The notes beneath the pieces were generated by a model. It did no database searches, was not told the origin of the DNA, and saw only the letters and a list, made by a program, of their open reading frames with translations. A program made the position numbers and the translations under genes. Below are positions 8,516-18,912 of a stretch of 55,658 bases of DNA, piece by piece (the stretch's first letter is position 1; each line of letters opens with the position of its first letter). The DNA is from a virus (lineage: Duplodnaviria; Caudoviricetes), in IMG/VR virus record IMGVR_UViG_3300025687_000056, positions 1 to 55,658 of that record. The stretch is one strand, 5' to 3'.

Positions 8516-9547
8516 TTATCTATAACTGTTTAATACTTTAAAAACCTCATTAATTACAAACTCAGTATTTAGAATTGTTTTACCCAAACCATCTTCATTA
8601 TATAAACGCATAAATGCTTTTAAGTTTAGTTCTGGTGATTTTTTGTCAATAAATTCTTCTAAATACATTTCATCATTTTGGCTAATGATAGGATTGCTTA
8701 GATCCATAACCTTATAGTTTTTTTCTAACCTATCAGCATCAAATACAATTTTAGAATATGTTACATTCTCTTTATACTTTGAAGCACATAAATTAATTAA
8801 ATCACTAAAAGACATAGGGCGTTCAGCTAATTCAGGGAACTTTTTTCTTAATCCTTTTTCACCTAATCCTTTTACACCCTCAATTTTATCCGAATTATCT
8901 CCCATTAGCGTTTTATATAAAATAAAATTCTCAACTAGTACTCCAAAATTTTCCTTAACAGCTTTTTTATCAAAAAATTCTTTTTCAGCTGGTCGGTAAA
9001 GAATAACTTTATCATTTACTAGTTGCATAAAGTCTCTATCATTAGAAACTATAAAGACTTGGGAGTCATGTTTTTCAGGTAATTTCTTACTTAGAAAAGC
9101 AATAATATCATCTGCTTCTGCTTTATCAATACTAACTGTTTTAACAGGCAAACACTTCAAATAATGGATCAATCTAACTAATTGGTCAACTTTAGAATCA
9201 TGTTCATCTTCTAATGAATCAAAAATATCCCAGTTAGTGACTCTAGTTAAATTTCTACCTGATTTGTATTCGGGGAGCAGATTCTTCCTGTTAGTGGAAG
9301 AACCTACTCCATCAAATACTACATATACGGATGTTGGTTGGATTTGCTTAATTAGAAAATTAAGTGAGCGAATAAAACCTCCTAAACCACCAACGTGAGC
9401 ACCTGCCTCATTAACATACTTGATAGTTGTAAAATTTCTAAAGAATAAATTTAATCCATCTATTAATAGAACCCTATCATGTCGGTTTGAGACAGGCGTC
9501 TCTTGTTCCATGGTTTCAAGAAGCTGTAAAAGTTCTTTTTTGTTCAT
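8516..9547 (-). CDS. 5'-3' exonuclease / flap endonuclease (Pol I N-terminal, T4 RNase H-like)
   Basis: LIDGLN, VVFDG, YKSGR, EADDII, SNDRDF, GDNSDKIEGVKGLG (H3TH). Start moved to the ATG at 9547 because the track start lies inside a promoter. Confidence 0.9.
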   Translation of the reverse strand: MNKKELLQLLETMEQETPVSNRHDRVLLIDGLNLFFRNFTTIKYVNEAGAHVGGLGGFIRSLNFLIKQIQPTSVYVVFDGVGSSTNRKNLLPEYKSGRNLTRVTNWDIFDSLEDEHDSKVDQLVRLIHYLKCLPVKTVSIDKAEADDIIAFLSKKLPEKHDSQVFIVSNDRDFMQLVNDKVILYRPAEKEFFDKKAVKENFGVLVENFILYKTLMGDNSDKIEGVKGLGEKGLRKKFPELAERPMSFSDLINLCASKYKENVTYSKIVFDADRLEKNYKVMDLSNPIISQNDEMYLEEFIDKKSPELNLKAFMRLYNEDGLGKTILNTEFVINEVFKVLNSYR

Positions 9548-9552
9548 TACTA

Positions 9553-9584
9553 TGAATATAACAAATATTTTGAATAAAGCCAAT
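9553..9584 (-). promoter_or_regulatory. class I promoter
   Basis: ATTG-N20-TATATTCA directly upstream of the exonuclease ATG. Confidence 0.6.
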
Positions 9585-9585
9585 A

Positions 9586-10668
9586 TTAATCTGGCTCTTG
9601 TTCAAATACATTCATAGTCTCAAATGTTTCATCTTCTTCGAAAATATCGAAGTCCATGCTGCCTAGAACTTTCATCCACTCATTGGCATGAGCATCCTTA
9701 TAGGCTTTAATTTCTTTATCAACATCATTAATAAAGCCATGAGGAGTCATGATAATTTTACCTCTGGTTGTAACACCATTAATATGATTTTTGTCAATTT
9801 GGATGTTAGTACGTTTGGCAAATTCTACTTGTTTACCATCCTTAATTGCTTTAATCTTACTAGTACCAGCGTTAGCGATATTACCAAAAGTAATTACAAA
9901 TGTGGCATCAAACCACATTGCAAAGCCTCCCTTATTCATAAGTTTTGGTTGACCCATAGGTACTTCAGCTTTAGCTGTCCAAACCTTATTTACACATAAG
10001 AGAGTATTAGTGTAAGGAGATGATTCCTTCCTGGAAAGTGTAATTTTCTGATTTACATTGTTGCCAAATTGGGTTGACATAGCACCTGCATTCCATTCAT
10101 TGTTATTTTTATTAGATTTAACAGACATTTCACATGGTACAGAACCGATTGAGTCCCACAAGAACAACAAATCATAAGGCAAATTACCTTTTTTCTGTTC
10201 ATCTACCATATCTAAAATAAATGCTGCTACATCTTCAATAGTATGCAAACTTTCTCTATCAACATAGAGGAAAAAACCACTGTAGTTAATAACTTCACCT
10301 GTTTCCTCATCTACATCAAGATCTACTTGCAAACCCATTTGCATGGCGTGCTCCCAATTCCATTTCATTTCAGTTACAATGAACACAGGCAAAACACCCA
10401 TTTTTTGAGCGCTCACAGCAGCTTCAATCAAAGCAGTTGTTTTACCTGTATCACTGTGACCTCTAAGAAGTACAATGTGTCCCTGAGGAATTCCAGGGAC
10501 AGATGTAACATCTTGAAATGCCTGGCTAAGAGGAATCCATTTTTGTTCTTTAAACTTAACATTACTGTTAAGCATTTTCTTTTCCTTGAATTTATCAAGA
10601 TTAAAATTGGCTCTAATCTCAGCAGAGACAGCAGCCGTAAGTGATTCATTTTTCTTAGGTCTAGGCAT
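9586..10668 (-). CDS. recA: RecA/UvsX-like recombinase
   Basis: GIPQG, GHSDTGKTT, FLWDSIG, KGG and KNHI motifs. First ATG is at 10668; the track start at 10674 is TTG. Confidence 0.82.
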   Translation of the reverse strand: MPRPKKNESLTAAVSAEIRANFNLDKFKEKKMLNSNVKFKEQKWIPLSQAFQDVTSVPGIPQGHIVLLRGHSDTGKTTALIEAAVSAQKMGVLPVFIVTEMKWNWEHAMQMGLQVDLDVDEETGEVINYSGFFLYVDRESLHTIEDVAAFILDMVDEQKKGNLPYDLLFLWDSIGSVPCEMSVKSNKNNNEWNAGAMSTQFGNNVNQKITLSRKESSPYTNTLLCVNKVWTAKAEVPMGQPKLMNKGGFAMWFDATFVITFGNIANAGTSKIKAIKDGKQVEFAKRTNIQIDKNHINGVTTRGKIIMTPHGFINDVDKEIKAYKDAHANEWMKVLGSMDFDIFEEDETFETMNVFEQEPD

Positions 10669-10679
10669 ATTCAATTAAA

Positions 10680-11510
10680 TTAAAATGGCAAGTCATCATC
10701 TTCCTCATCAAACAAAGAATCAAATTTTTCTGCTTTGCTTGTTTTAGGAGCAGTTGGAGTTTTAAGAGTGTAATTTTTAGTAGAAGAAACTACTTCAGCT
10801 TCTGGTTCGTTTTCATCATCAATGATGTCTCCTTCTTCTGGTTCATCAGGTGACAACCATTTCTGTAGAGCATCTTTCATTTCATCATAAGAATACTTTT
10901 TAAATACATCTACTGGTTTTGGTTGATTCTCTAACCAGCTTTGAACCTCTTCAGCATTAGCACTCAATGGAGTTTCTTTAACCTTAGGCATAATGGTTGT
11001 TTTGTTGTAGTTAGTGCCTGTAACTTCAGGTCCTACTGTAGTCAAAGCAATATCACGACCAGTTGCTACATCAGTGAAATCACCAATGTCTTCATTATCT
11101 GCCAAGTTCAAGAAATCCATATACAACTCCTTACCGAATTGCCACAATTTAACTCCTTCTGCTTCTTCACCACGAACAATAACAGGAGCGAAAATACGCA
11201 TTTTAGCATCCAACTTTTTAGCCAAACGCCAATTTTCCTTATCATTTGTTCCACGAAGTTGCTTAGCAAACTCAACAATAGGATCTTTTTCACCCCAGTT
11301 GGTTGGAGAAATCATTACTCGGTTAGTAATGTCATAATGGAAATAAACCTCTGAAAATGGGTTATTTTTGTTAAACTTAGACGGTACAATTCGTACTGTC
11401 TGCTTACCTACACTTGGTTTCCAAAAAATGTTTTTTTTGTCACCTCCACCGCTTGGAGCAGATTTGCTCTGCATAGCGTTTAATCGATTGCGAATTTCAT
11501 TCAAATCCAT
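10680..11510 (-). CDS. single-stranded DNA-binding protein (T4 gp32-like)
   Basis: FWKP..G...VRIVP, DPI, LWQFGK, GDFTD...GRDI, and acidic tail DEEDDDLPF. Confidence 0.85.
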   Translation of the reverse strand: MDLNEIRNRLNAMQSKSAPSGGGDKKNIFWKPSVGKQTVRIVPSKFNKNNPFSEVYFHYDITNRVMISPTNWGEKDPIVEFAKQLRGTNDKENWRLAKKLDAKMRIFAPVIVRGEEAEGVKLWQFGKELYMDFLNLADNEDIGDFTDVATGRDIALTTVGPEVTGTNYNKTTIMPKVKETPLSANAEEVQSWLENQPKPVDVFKKYSYDEMKDALQKWLSPDEPEEGDIIDDENEPEAEVVSSTKNYTLKTPTAPKTSKAEKFDSLFDEEDDDLPF

Positions 11511-11531
11511 AACTTATACATTGTTTATAAC

Positions 11532-11563
11532 TTAATTTAATAAAAACTGATTAATGGGCCAAA
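11532..11563 (-). promoter_or_regulatory. class I promoter
   Basis: TTTG-N20-TAAATTAA upstream of SSB. Confidence 0.65.
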
Positions 11564-12028
11564 CTATAGCTCAATAATCTTATAAATTTTTGTATTTAAT
11601 TGCTTTAACTCATTATGGTTAGTCAATAAAATACAGTTTCTATAATGTTGCCAACTCACTCTATATTGTGGATCAACAACCCCACCATTTAATTTTTTAA
11701 TTAACTCATTTAGAGCATTTATTGTATAGAGTGTATTAGTATCTTTTTTTCTATGTACTAAAATAGTATTCTCAGGAATATCACTTACATTACCTTGCTC
11801 AACATTGTATGTAACAACATATTCATCTGTACTTTTAACGTACAAGACAAACATTTTATTATACATTATAGAGTATGAGCTTGTGATTCCATTTACTAGT
11901 TCATCTAAATCTTCTAGGCTAGTAAAGGTACAAAATAACTTATTATTCACGTCACGTATATTAGTTGGATCAAAATCGTATCCTCCATACATATATTTAG
12001 GCCTCTGTAAAATCGTAGGTGTTTCCAT
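11564..12028 (-). CDS. conserved-looking hypothetical protein in the replication module
   Basis: 154-aa ORF with AAAGTTATG start context; overlaps the polymerase 3' end by 32 nt. Confidence 0.75.
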   Translation of the reverse strand: METPTILQRPKYMYGGYDFDPTNIRDVNNKLFCTFTSLEDLDELVNGITSSYSIMYNKMFVLYVKSTDEYVVTYNVEQGNVSDIPENTILVHRKKDTNTLYTINALNELIKKLNGGVVDPQYRVSWQHYRNCILLTNHNELKQLNTKIYKIIEL

Positions 12029-13280
12029 AACTTTTCTTAATTAATAACTTATATTTTTTAAATATGTTTTCTATTTCAATATCTATATCTTTTTCGTTTT
12101 CTCCAAGTTCAAATAAAAAGCTGTCATAAGTATACAACACAATCCTTGTTTTGCGCCCTCTCAGTAACCTATGTATATCCATCAGTATATATGTGTTTAC
12201 AGCACTTTCTATGTTTTGTAACATATAATTAAAAAGTTTTTGTGGATTCATTTTGTCCAACTTTTCCTTCTCAAAAATATACCCTGAGTACGGAACTTCT
12301 ACCCTTCCTTGCTCATTAAACTCTTTCCAGTTCTCTTCAATAAACTTACTTACTTTTTGAAAAAATTCCAAATGCGCGTACTCTTTAAATACGCCACCAT
12401 AAAGTTGTTTGAACGTAAGTTCTTTTGCTTCTTTGTATGAAACGCCATAGAGCGAAGCGAACGTTTGGTGGACATCCTGTCCATTAAAATCCATGGCAAC
12501 CAAACGAGAAGCAAGATTGGGATGGTATGCACTAATATCAAACTCCACGAATCCATACTTCGATATGTAGCTTCTCCTTGAGCCATTTTCTTTATTTAAA
12601 GCGGCAAAATTAATGCCATTGAAAGTATTACTTGGTCTACGAGTTGTTGTAACCAAATTGTAATTGGTATAAACTCTATTGTCTTTAACAGAATAAAATT
12701 CTTTAGTTGGTTCATAGTATTTATCAAATTCTTCTTTATCTATATTAATTCCATTCTTTTCAATTCCAAAAAAAGCTAATACCACTTTATTATTGTAAAA
12801 ATCAAAGTATGATGGTAGTTCTTTAGGTATTATACTACGAACCTGTATATAAATATGTTCGTATTTTTCGTAATGTTTACCTACTGGAATAAGTTTGTTT
12901 ACTTTTGGGTAATCTGTATTATAAAAATGCGAGTAAACAGGTAATTCGTCTTGTATATACGTAGGGTTAAGTATGGAAAGGTCGAGCAAGCTTTTGATTT
13001 GAAAGTAATATAGTGTTTGCTTTTTATCTCGAACCCATATGCGCTTTATATTTCGTAGAATACTGTCTATAACCGTTTTATTAAGCGAGAAAGTCTCACT
13101 ATGGTCAACGCTCAATATATAACCTTTGTTGTCGTTAAACGGTCTAATATAAACTAATGAAACATCATTTAGAGCAGGATGAACTTTATCATGATAAGGA
13201 ATTACTTCAACAAACGCCTCTTCTATAGGTTTTTGTTTTAAATAATCTAATTGTTCTTCTGTCTCTATTAACCAAAACAT
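11997..13280 (-). CDS. polA: small, divergent family A DNA polymerase
   Basis: TTTRRPS (cf. TxTGRLS), motif A EFDISAYHP, motif B AKELTFKQLYG, N..LQ, motif C LYTYDSFLFE; only 427 aa. Confidence 0.8.
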   Translation of the reverse strand: MFWLIETEEQLDYLKQKPIEEAFVEVIPYHDKVHPALNDVSLVYIRPFNDNKGYILSVDHSETFSLNKTVIDSILRNIKRIWVRDKKQTLYYFQIKSLLDLSILNPTYIQDELPVYSHFYNTDYPKVNKLIPVGKHYEKYEHIYIQVRSIIPKELPSYFDFYNNKVVLAFFGIEKNGINIDKEEFDKYYEPTKEFYSVKDNRVYTNYNLVTTTRRPSNTFNGINFAALNKENGSRRSYISKYGFVEFDISAYHPNLASRLVAMDFNGQDVHQTFASLYGVSYKEAKELTFKQLYGGVFKEYAHLEFFQKVSKFIEENWKEFNEQGRVEVPYSGYIFEKEKLDKMNPQKLFNYMLQNIESAVNTYILMDIHRLLRGRKTRIVLYTYDSFLFELGENEKDIDIEIENIFKKYKLLIKKSYGNTYDFTEA

Positions 13281-13295
13281 AACCTTGATTTACTA

Positions 13296-13327
13296 TTAAT
13301 ATAGTATCAAGATTTTGTAAGACCAAA
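13296..13327 (-). promoter_or_regulatory. class I promoter at the head of the replication module
   Basis: TTTG-N20-TATATTAA upstream of the polymerase. Confidence 0.7.
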
Positions 13328-13333
13328 TTATAA

Positions 13334-14335
13334 TTAAATATTAGAAAGGTAAGTATTTAATGATGTATAAAGAGTAGTTGCTTCATCTTCTGTTAAGTAA
13401 CTTCCCCAAAAATCCGCTTGAATAAAAATACCACTAGGAGTGTACCAGTTAGATCCATTTATACCACGTTGTAAAATAACAACAGAACTTGTTGGTAAAG
13501 TAGATGTTGTTACAGAAGCAGTAGCTAAAGCTCGGAAAGTATTATTAGCATTATCATAAGGTTGTAGAGTACTAGCAGTTACATTAGCTAATAAAAACCT
13601 TGGAGCTATTACTCCACGTTTGTATTCATACTGTGTAGCACCAGAAGTATTAGTATAATAACCAAAAAAAGAATTACTGTAATATGGACTATAAATGTTT
13701 ATTATATTATAAACACCGCTGCCAGATATATGTCCATGGAAACCAACATTAGCTCTAGATACTTGTATATTAGGAGTATTATAATAAACAAAACATCCAT
13801 GAGATGAAAAAGACTGAGAGAAATTAGAACCTGATGCTGGGATCCAATTTGTATTTAAGTAAGCATTTGTACCATTTCCAGTAAATCCTGTTGATGGTAT
13901 AAATGATGGAGAATTAATTCTATCAACAGCATAAGAAGAAGTATTTTTCCAATTTATAGAGGCAAAATCTTCATCACCATCTGTAGCGAACATATAAAAT
14001 AAATCTAATTTATCCCATACACCTTCTGTTTTTAAGGTAGTAACTAAAGCACTTCCAAGTTCTTGAACAGTTTGAGAAGGTAAAACATATCCTTGATCTG
14101 TAGCATATGTTAATACAGACTGATAATCAGCATCAGCTGCAGGAGGATTATAGTAATTAGCAGAAGGTGATTCAACAACAGGAACAGGAACAAATTGTCT
14201 ATCTTCTCTTCTAGAATTATTAGGTCTTAAAAATCCACTTTGTCTAATTCTATTAAGGATAGAATCTGCTGTTTGAGCTTCTGCTTTACCAAAGTTTTTA
14301 GCTTTTAATGATGAGTTTTCTTCTTGCAATGCCAT
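13334..14335 (-). CDS. putative virion protein (S/T/N-rich beta domain)
   Basis: 333 aa, last gene of the tail block, preceded by the class II motif at 14344-14351; composition typical of virion appendage proteins. Confidence 0.6.
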   Translation of the reverse strand: MALQEENSSLKAKNFGKAEAQTADSILNRIRQSGFLRPNNSRREDRQFVPVPVVESPSANYYNPPAADADYQSVLTYATDQGYVLPSQTVQELGSALVTTLKTEGVWDKLDLFYMFATDGDEDFASINWKNTSSYAVDRINSPSFIPSTGFTGNGTNAYLNTNWIPASGSNFSQSFSSHGCFVYYNTPNIQVSRANVGFHGHISGSGVYNIINIYSPYYSNSFFGYYTNTSGATQYEYKRGVIAPRFLLANVTASTLQPYDNANNTFRALATASVTTSTLPTSSVVILQRGINGSNWYTPSGIFIQADFWGSYLTEDEATTLYTSLNTYLSNI

Positions 14336-14361
14336 AATCTATTATAAATATTTATGTTTTT

Positions 14362-14967
14362 TTATTTGTATAATTTTAAATATCCTCCTGTTTTTTTAAT
14401 AAATAATCTAAACCCAAGAGCTTTATTTTGGACTTCAGCTAAGGCAACTATTTTTTTATTAATTTGTTCTACTTCTTCTTTTATACCTGAGATTTCCCAT
14501 GGTATAGAAAATGTAGTATAGTATTGCCATAGATAAGAACTATTTTCAGAAGATAAATTTTCAAAATCAGTTGAATTAATTTCAATAAAGAGATTATCAT
14601 TTATTTTTTTAGAAAAATATCTTTGTATTTCTCCTAGTTCATAATCTTGTTTTGTTGGTTTTGGATAATAAGGAGTAGGTAATTTTTTATCTTCAGGGTC
14701 TTTACCTAATAAACCAACATATCTTTGAAGAACAGGGTTAGTATCTTTACTTAAAGTAACTACAAGAGGATCATCTTCAGTAATAGTTTCTACTAAAGGA
14801 ATTAATTCTTGACTAGGACCATCATTTGGAGTTTTACCTGTAAAGAAAGTTCCATTATAAAGTTTATAATAATATCCTGTATATTCAGCTCCTGTAATAG
14901 AAATAGAAAATTCTCCTCCACGAGTATATAAATCTGTTACTATTCTATTTTTAGGATAATATGCCAT
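14362..14967 (-). CDS. hypothetical protein, probably baseplate-associated
   Basis: 201-aa ORF coupled to the 1200-aa gene by a 1-nt overlap. Confidence 0.65.
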   Translation of the reverse strand: MAYYPKNRIVTDLYTRGGEFSISITGAEYTGYYYKLYNGTFFTGKTPNDGPSQELIPLVETITEDDPLVVTLSKDTNPVLQRYVGLLGKDPEDKKLPTPYYPKPTKQDYELGEIQRYFSKKINDNLFIEINSTDFENLSSENSSYLWQYYTTFSIPWEISGIKEEVEQINKKIVALAEVQNKALGFRLFIKKTGGYLKLYK

Positions 14968-17900
14968 TATTTTTTAGGTCTTCTAATTGAACTTACTGTT
15001 AAACTTTCTAATTTTGTTTTCCATTGGTTGTTAGATACAGTATGGGAAATACCTTTGATTAAGAAATCAATAACTCCACCTTCTAATGCATCTGATGATC
15101 TATAACTATATGGTAATATTTCTTCTGTAATGGAGAATCGTTCATAATTTTTCATCCCTGAAAGGCCATCCATTGTAAGGGATAAATTAAATGGTATAAA
15201 GAAAGGAGCGGGTATTTCTTCTTTTTCAGCTTTTATTCCTACTTCAAATAAAGATACATCTCGGTTAATTGATTTTAATGATTCAATATTTTGAGGATCA
15301 TATTTATTGTTTTCATATATATCTTCAACAAAAGTATTCATTTGATTTATTTTATCACCAAATATAACATTTGGGTCAGTTGTAGTATTATTATTTGATT
15401 TTGCTTTTATACTTTGTGAGTCTAATTTACTAGGAATAATTCTATCTTTTAAACCAGTATTTAATTTAGATAAACCAGTAGCATTTTCACCTACAATATT
15501 ACCTGAGGATTGGGCAGATATAGTAGCCATAGAAGCCATATTAGGAGGTAATTGGACTTGGAAATCAATGTCATTTAAAAAACTACCTTGGGTACTTGGT
15601 TGTAAACCATAAGCTCTAAACCTTCCTATTTCAGGAATAACTGGTTCAGCCTTTTTAACTTCTACTTTATTAAAACTTAAACCAATTCCATTCTCATCAA
15701 CAATTTTTATTTGGTTTGAGTCTCCATCATAGACTGTGTTTAATTTATTTACACCCCCTAAAGTATCAGAAATATACATACAAACACTATTTAAAAAACT
15801 TAATAATGTTACTTTACCATTTGGATCAACGTTTTGGGCTAAAGTATCAGCTACAAAATCAATATTAACCATTATATTCATTAATCGGGCGGCATCTTTT
15901 TCACCTTCAATAAAATAATTTTTTAAGTTAGGTTGATTTGGGTTTGTTCCATTTAGACTAATCCAATTAAAATTTGCTTCAAAATCTTCAATTGTTGTTG
16001 TTTGTTTTTTAGTTTTAGAATCTGTAACTGTATTTGATTTTTTTCCTTTAAATTGTTTAGTATAATTTATAGGTATAATACAAATTTTAGGATCTGAGGA
16101 GATTTGAGAAGGAAAATGTTTTAAAATATTTGCTTCAACATCTGTATCTATAGTTAGATAAGGGTGTCCTTTGGATGCTGTCATTCCTGGGGTAGAACCT
16201 GATATAGGAGTAGTTATTTGGGGGATATCAAATTTTTTACTATCATCATAAATAAGTAAGTTATAAGTCATCCAATCTAACATATAACCAAATCTAACAT
16301 AATATTGAGTAATATCAAATGTTGATCTTCCAGTTGAAGCATCATGGGATACTGCTTGAAAATTTAATTTACAAAAATCAGGATTTTTTATATTGTTTAA
16401 TTGTTCACCTGTAAATTTTTTAAATTCTTCTGTTATTTGTTCTTTAGTAAATCCTTGATCTTTTAAAGTTCTTTCTATAACTTGTTTTTGAATATCATTT
16501 AATTCTATAGTTTCTTTAATTTCACCAGTTGTTTTATTAGCTGAATTTTTAATATATTCAATCCAAAGATATAATTGTCTATTAAAATTACTTTTATCTC
16601 TATATTCTGCAGCAGATTGTGGAAAATTTTCAAATTTTTCTTTTAAAAGAGCTAATTCTTGTTGAGCTTGTTTAAGACGTCTTTGTGCTGCTTGTTTTGT
16701 TGCAGTTGCTCTTGCTAAAGCACCTGCGGCATTTTTGGCTAATTCATTTTTTTGGTTTCCTTCTTCTTTTACTTTATTATATATCTTTAGTAACTCACTT
16801 TTAATTTCAGAATATGAATAATCTAATGGTTTTTTTGTTGTATCCAGGGGAGTTACCCCAGCACTTATTTTTACTCTATTTGATTCTATAGTAAGTAAAC
16901 GAGAGTATTCTGATGCAGTTACAGCTCCTGGTCCTGTTTTTTTACTAAGGGAAACTGGTTTTCCTCCATTAAAAAGATCAATTATAATTTGTGATTCTTT
17001 TGAGTAAAGTCCTGGGTTAAGTGCTTTAAAGATTATACGTCGTATACTAGTTTGAAAATCACTAGATGAAGATTCTATATCAGCAAATAGTTGATTTATT
17101 AGTTTATCTGAGTTGACAAAATCTTTTTTATCAATATATTGAAGAAGTAAAGAATCATTGATTTTAGGTAAAGGATTTTTTAATCCAGCTAAAAGAGAAA
17201 CTTGACCACTACTACCTCCCTTTGACTGAACTAATGCTGAAAGTCCTGCATTAACTGCTCCAAGAGTAATGTTTCTGAAAGCCGAACCTGCAACATTGTC
17301 ATCTATGATGGCCCCTGTTGTATCAAGTTTACCTTGAGAATATATTTTTGTTACAGTTGCTGTAGATAAGGCGGTATCTAAACTTAACTTTCCTACTCTA
17401 GTGATAAAAGTTTCAACAGTGGCTGTTAGTAAATCAGTGCTATCTGATACTTCATCTAAAGCAGCTTGGGCTGAGACAACGGCATTTTCCGCTGCAGTTA
17501 CTTGGCCTTCTATTCGTTCAATTTCAGCTTCAAGTTCTCTTGCTTTTATTTCTTCTTCATTTAATAGATCTGAAGGTTTAGCTCCTGTATTTCCTGCTAC
17601 TGAGGTATTTATTTTAAGGGCTTCAATTACATCTCCTAAACCAACTAAATTTAAAGTAATATTATAAGATCCATCATTATTATATTTCCAAGTAAAGTTT
17701 ACAACTTTACCTAACATAGCGTCATAGTTGTAATAGTCATCTTTTCTTTGTTCTTTAATAGAATCTATAATATCATTTTGGGTTGATTTGTTATCAAAAA
17801 ATTTATTAAACGGTTTGGTATAAAAAGTAGGTCTATTAACTAAATTAGGATCCCATTGGTTATCTCTTATAGTATTATCAATGTAAATATTATGTCCCCA

Positions 17901-18569
17901 TTCTAAAAGCATTGTATAACCAATTCTTAAATATAATAAATCAAATATTTGAAGTTGTTCTACAGAATATACTTTACAATTTACAGTTGCTTTAGCTAAA
18001 GCACCTCTGTTATAATAAGAAATATTGGCATCTAAAATACCAGGCATTGGTCTATAACCTTGTTCTCCTAATCCACCCCAACCATAAACTGAAGTTGATG
18101 ATAGGTCAATGTTTTCAGTTCCATATCCTTTTGGGCTGTTATCTCCTTCACCTACCCCATATTTTTGAGCAAATGTTTTATCATCGGTGTTAACAGAGAC
18201 TGTTCCACCAAATAAAACACATTCTTCTGCTAAAGATTTTCCTTGTAAAAAAGTTGGAAGATTTCTATCTTGGAGTGGTTTTGTAGATTCTTCTGTTAAA
18301 AAATCTTGTGGTGTAGATGTTTCTTGATCAAAAATACTTAGAGTTGGAGGTGTTTGAAGACCAAAAAGATTAGAAGTTTGATTAGAGAGTAAATTATTTG
18401 ATTCTATATTAATAGAAGAAGCTAATCTAACAAACGCTGTTTTGTTATTTTGATAAAGTAAATGTTTATCTAATTTTGGGTTTACACCCATAAATGTTTG
18501 TCTTGCTTCAATTTGTTTTATAACCTCAACATCAAAGGATTCACCTGTAATATTTCCTCTTTTACCCAT
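14967..18569 (-). CDS. large baseplate hub-like protein with a central coiled-coil insertion
   Basis: Position after the LysM/gp53-like gene. C-terminal LSLTMDGLSG...FLIKGISHTVSNNQWKTKLE resembles gp27/P2 gpD/VgrG hub C-termini. Confidence 0.6.
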   Translation of the reverse strand: MGKRGNITGESFDVEVIKQIEARQTFMGVNPKLDKHLLYQNNKTAFVRLASSINIESNNLLSNQTSNLFGLQTPPTLSIFDQETSTPQDFLTEESTKPLQDRNLPTFLQGKSLAEECVLFGGTVSVNTDDKTFAQKYGVGEGDNSPKGYGTENIDLSSTSVYGWGGLGEQGYRPMPGILDANISYYNRGALAKATVNCKVYSVEQLQIFDLLYLRIGYTMLLEWGHNIYIDNTIRDNQWDPNLVNRPTFYTKPFNKFFDNKSTQNDIIDSIKEQRKDDYYNYDAMLGKVVNFTWKYNNDGSYNITLNLVGLGDVIEALKINTSVAGNTGAKPSDLLNEEEIKARELEAEIERIEGQVTAAENAVVSAQAALDEVSDSTDLLTATVETFITRVGKLSLDTALSTATVTKIYSQGKLDTTGAIIDDNVAGSAFRNITLGAVNAGLSALVQSKGGSSGQVSLLAGLKNPLPKINDSLLLQYIDKKDFVNSDKLINQLFADIESSSSDFQTSIRRIIFKALNPGLYSKESQIIIDLFNGGKPVSLSKKTGPGAVTASEYSRLLTIESNRVKISAGVTPLDTTKKPLDYSYSEIKSELLKIYNKVKEEGNQKNELAKNAAGALARATATKQAAQRRLKQAQQELALLKEKFENFPQSAAEYRDKSNFNRQLYLWIEYIKNSANKTTGEIKETIELNDIQKQVIERTLKDQGFTKEQITEEFKKFTGEQLNNIKNPDFCKLNFQAVSHDASTGRSTFDITQYYVRFGYMLDWMTYNLLIYDDSKKFDIPQITTPISGSTPGMTASKGHPYLTIDTDVEANILKHFPSQISSDPKICIIPINYTKQFKGKKSNTVTDSKTKKQTTTIEDFEANFNWISLNGTNPNQPNLKNYFIEGEKDAARLMNIMVNIDFVADTLAQNVDPNGKVTLLSFLNSVCMYISDTLGGVNKLNTVYDGDSNQIKIVDENGIGLSFNKVEVKKAEPVIPEIGRFRAYGLQPSTQGSFLNDIDFQVQLPPNMASMATISAQSSGNIVGENATGLSKLNTGLKDRIIPSKLDSQSIKAKSNNNTTTDPNVIFGDKINQMNTFVEDIYENNKYDPQNIESLKSINRDVSLFEVGIKAEKEEIPAPFFIPFNLSLTMDGLSGMKNYERFSITEEILPYSYRSSDALEGGVIDFLIKGISHTVSNNQWKTKLESLTVSSIRRPKK

Positions 18570-18573
18570 TTTT

Positions 18574-18897
18574 TTAGACTGTATTTAATTGATTGTACAA
18601 AGCTTTTATTTGCGAAACGTTTGAAGGTATTCTAATTTCTGTTCCTTCATTTATAAATAACGATGAAAATCCTATTTTATCCGGATTAGCACAAGCTATT
18701 ATCCAATACAAACTTGAATCTCCATAAAATTGTTGGGCTAACAAATCTAATCTATCACCTAAAGTTGTTATAGCATATGTATCATTTACTGATAATGGTA
18801 TTTCTGGGTATTTAACTGTTTGATAAATAGCTGTAGGGAACTTATTTGGAGTTCCTTGACTAGATTTTAACGGTATTGAATTGTATCTGTTAGCCAT
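18574..18897 (-). CDS. LysM-like baseplate wedge protein (P2 gpX / T4 gp53-like)
   Basis: GDRLDLLAQQFYGDSSLYWIIACAN...G.EIRIP. Confidence 0.8.
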   Translation of the reverse strand: MANRYNSIPLKSSQGTPNKFPTAIYQTVKYPEIPLSVNDTYAITTLGDRLDLLAQQFYGDSSLYWIIACANPDKIGFSSLFINEGTEIRIPSNVSQIKALYNQLNTV

Positions 18898-18912
18898 TAG
18901 TTACATAGATTA

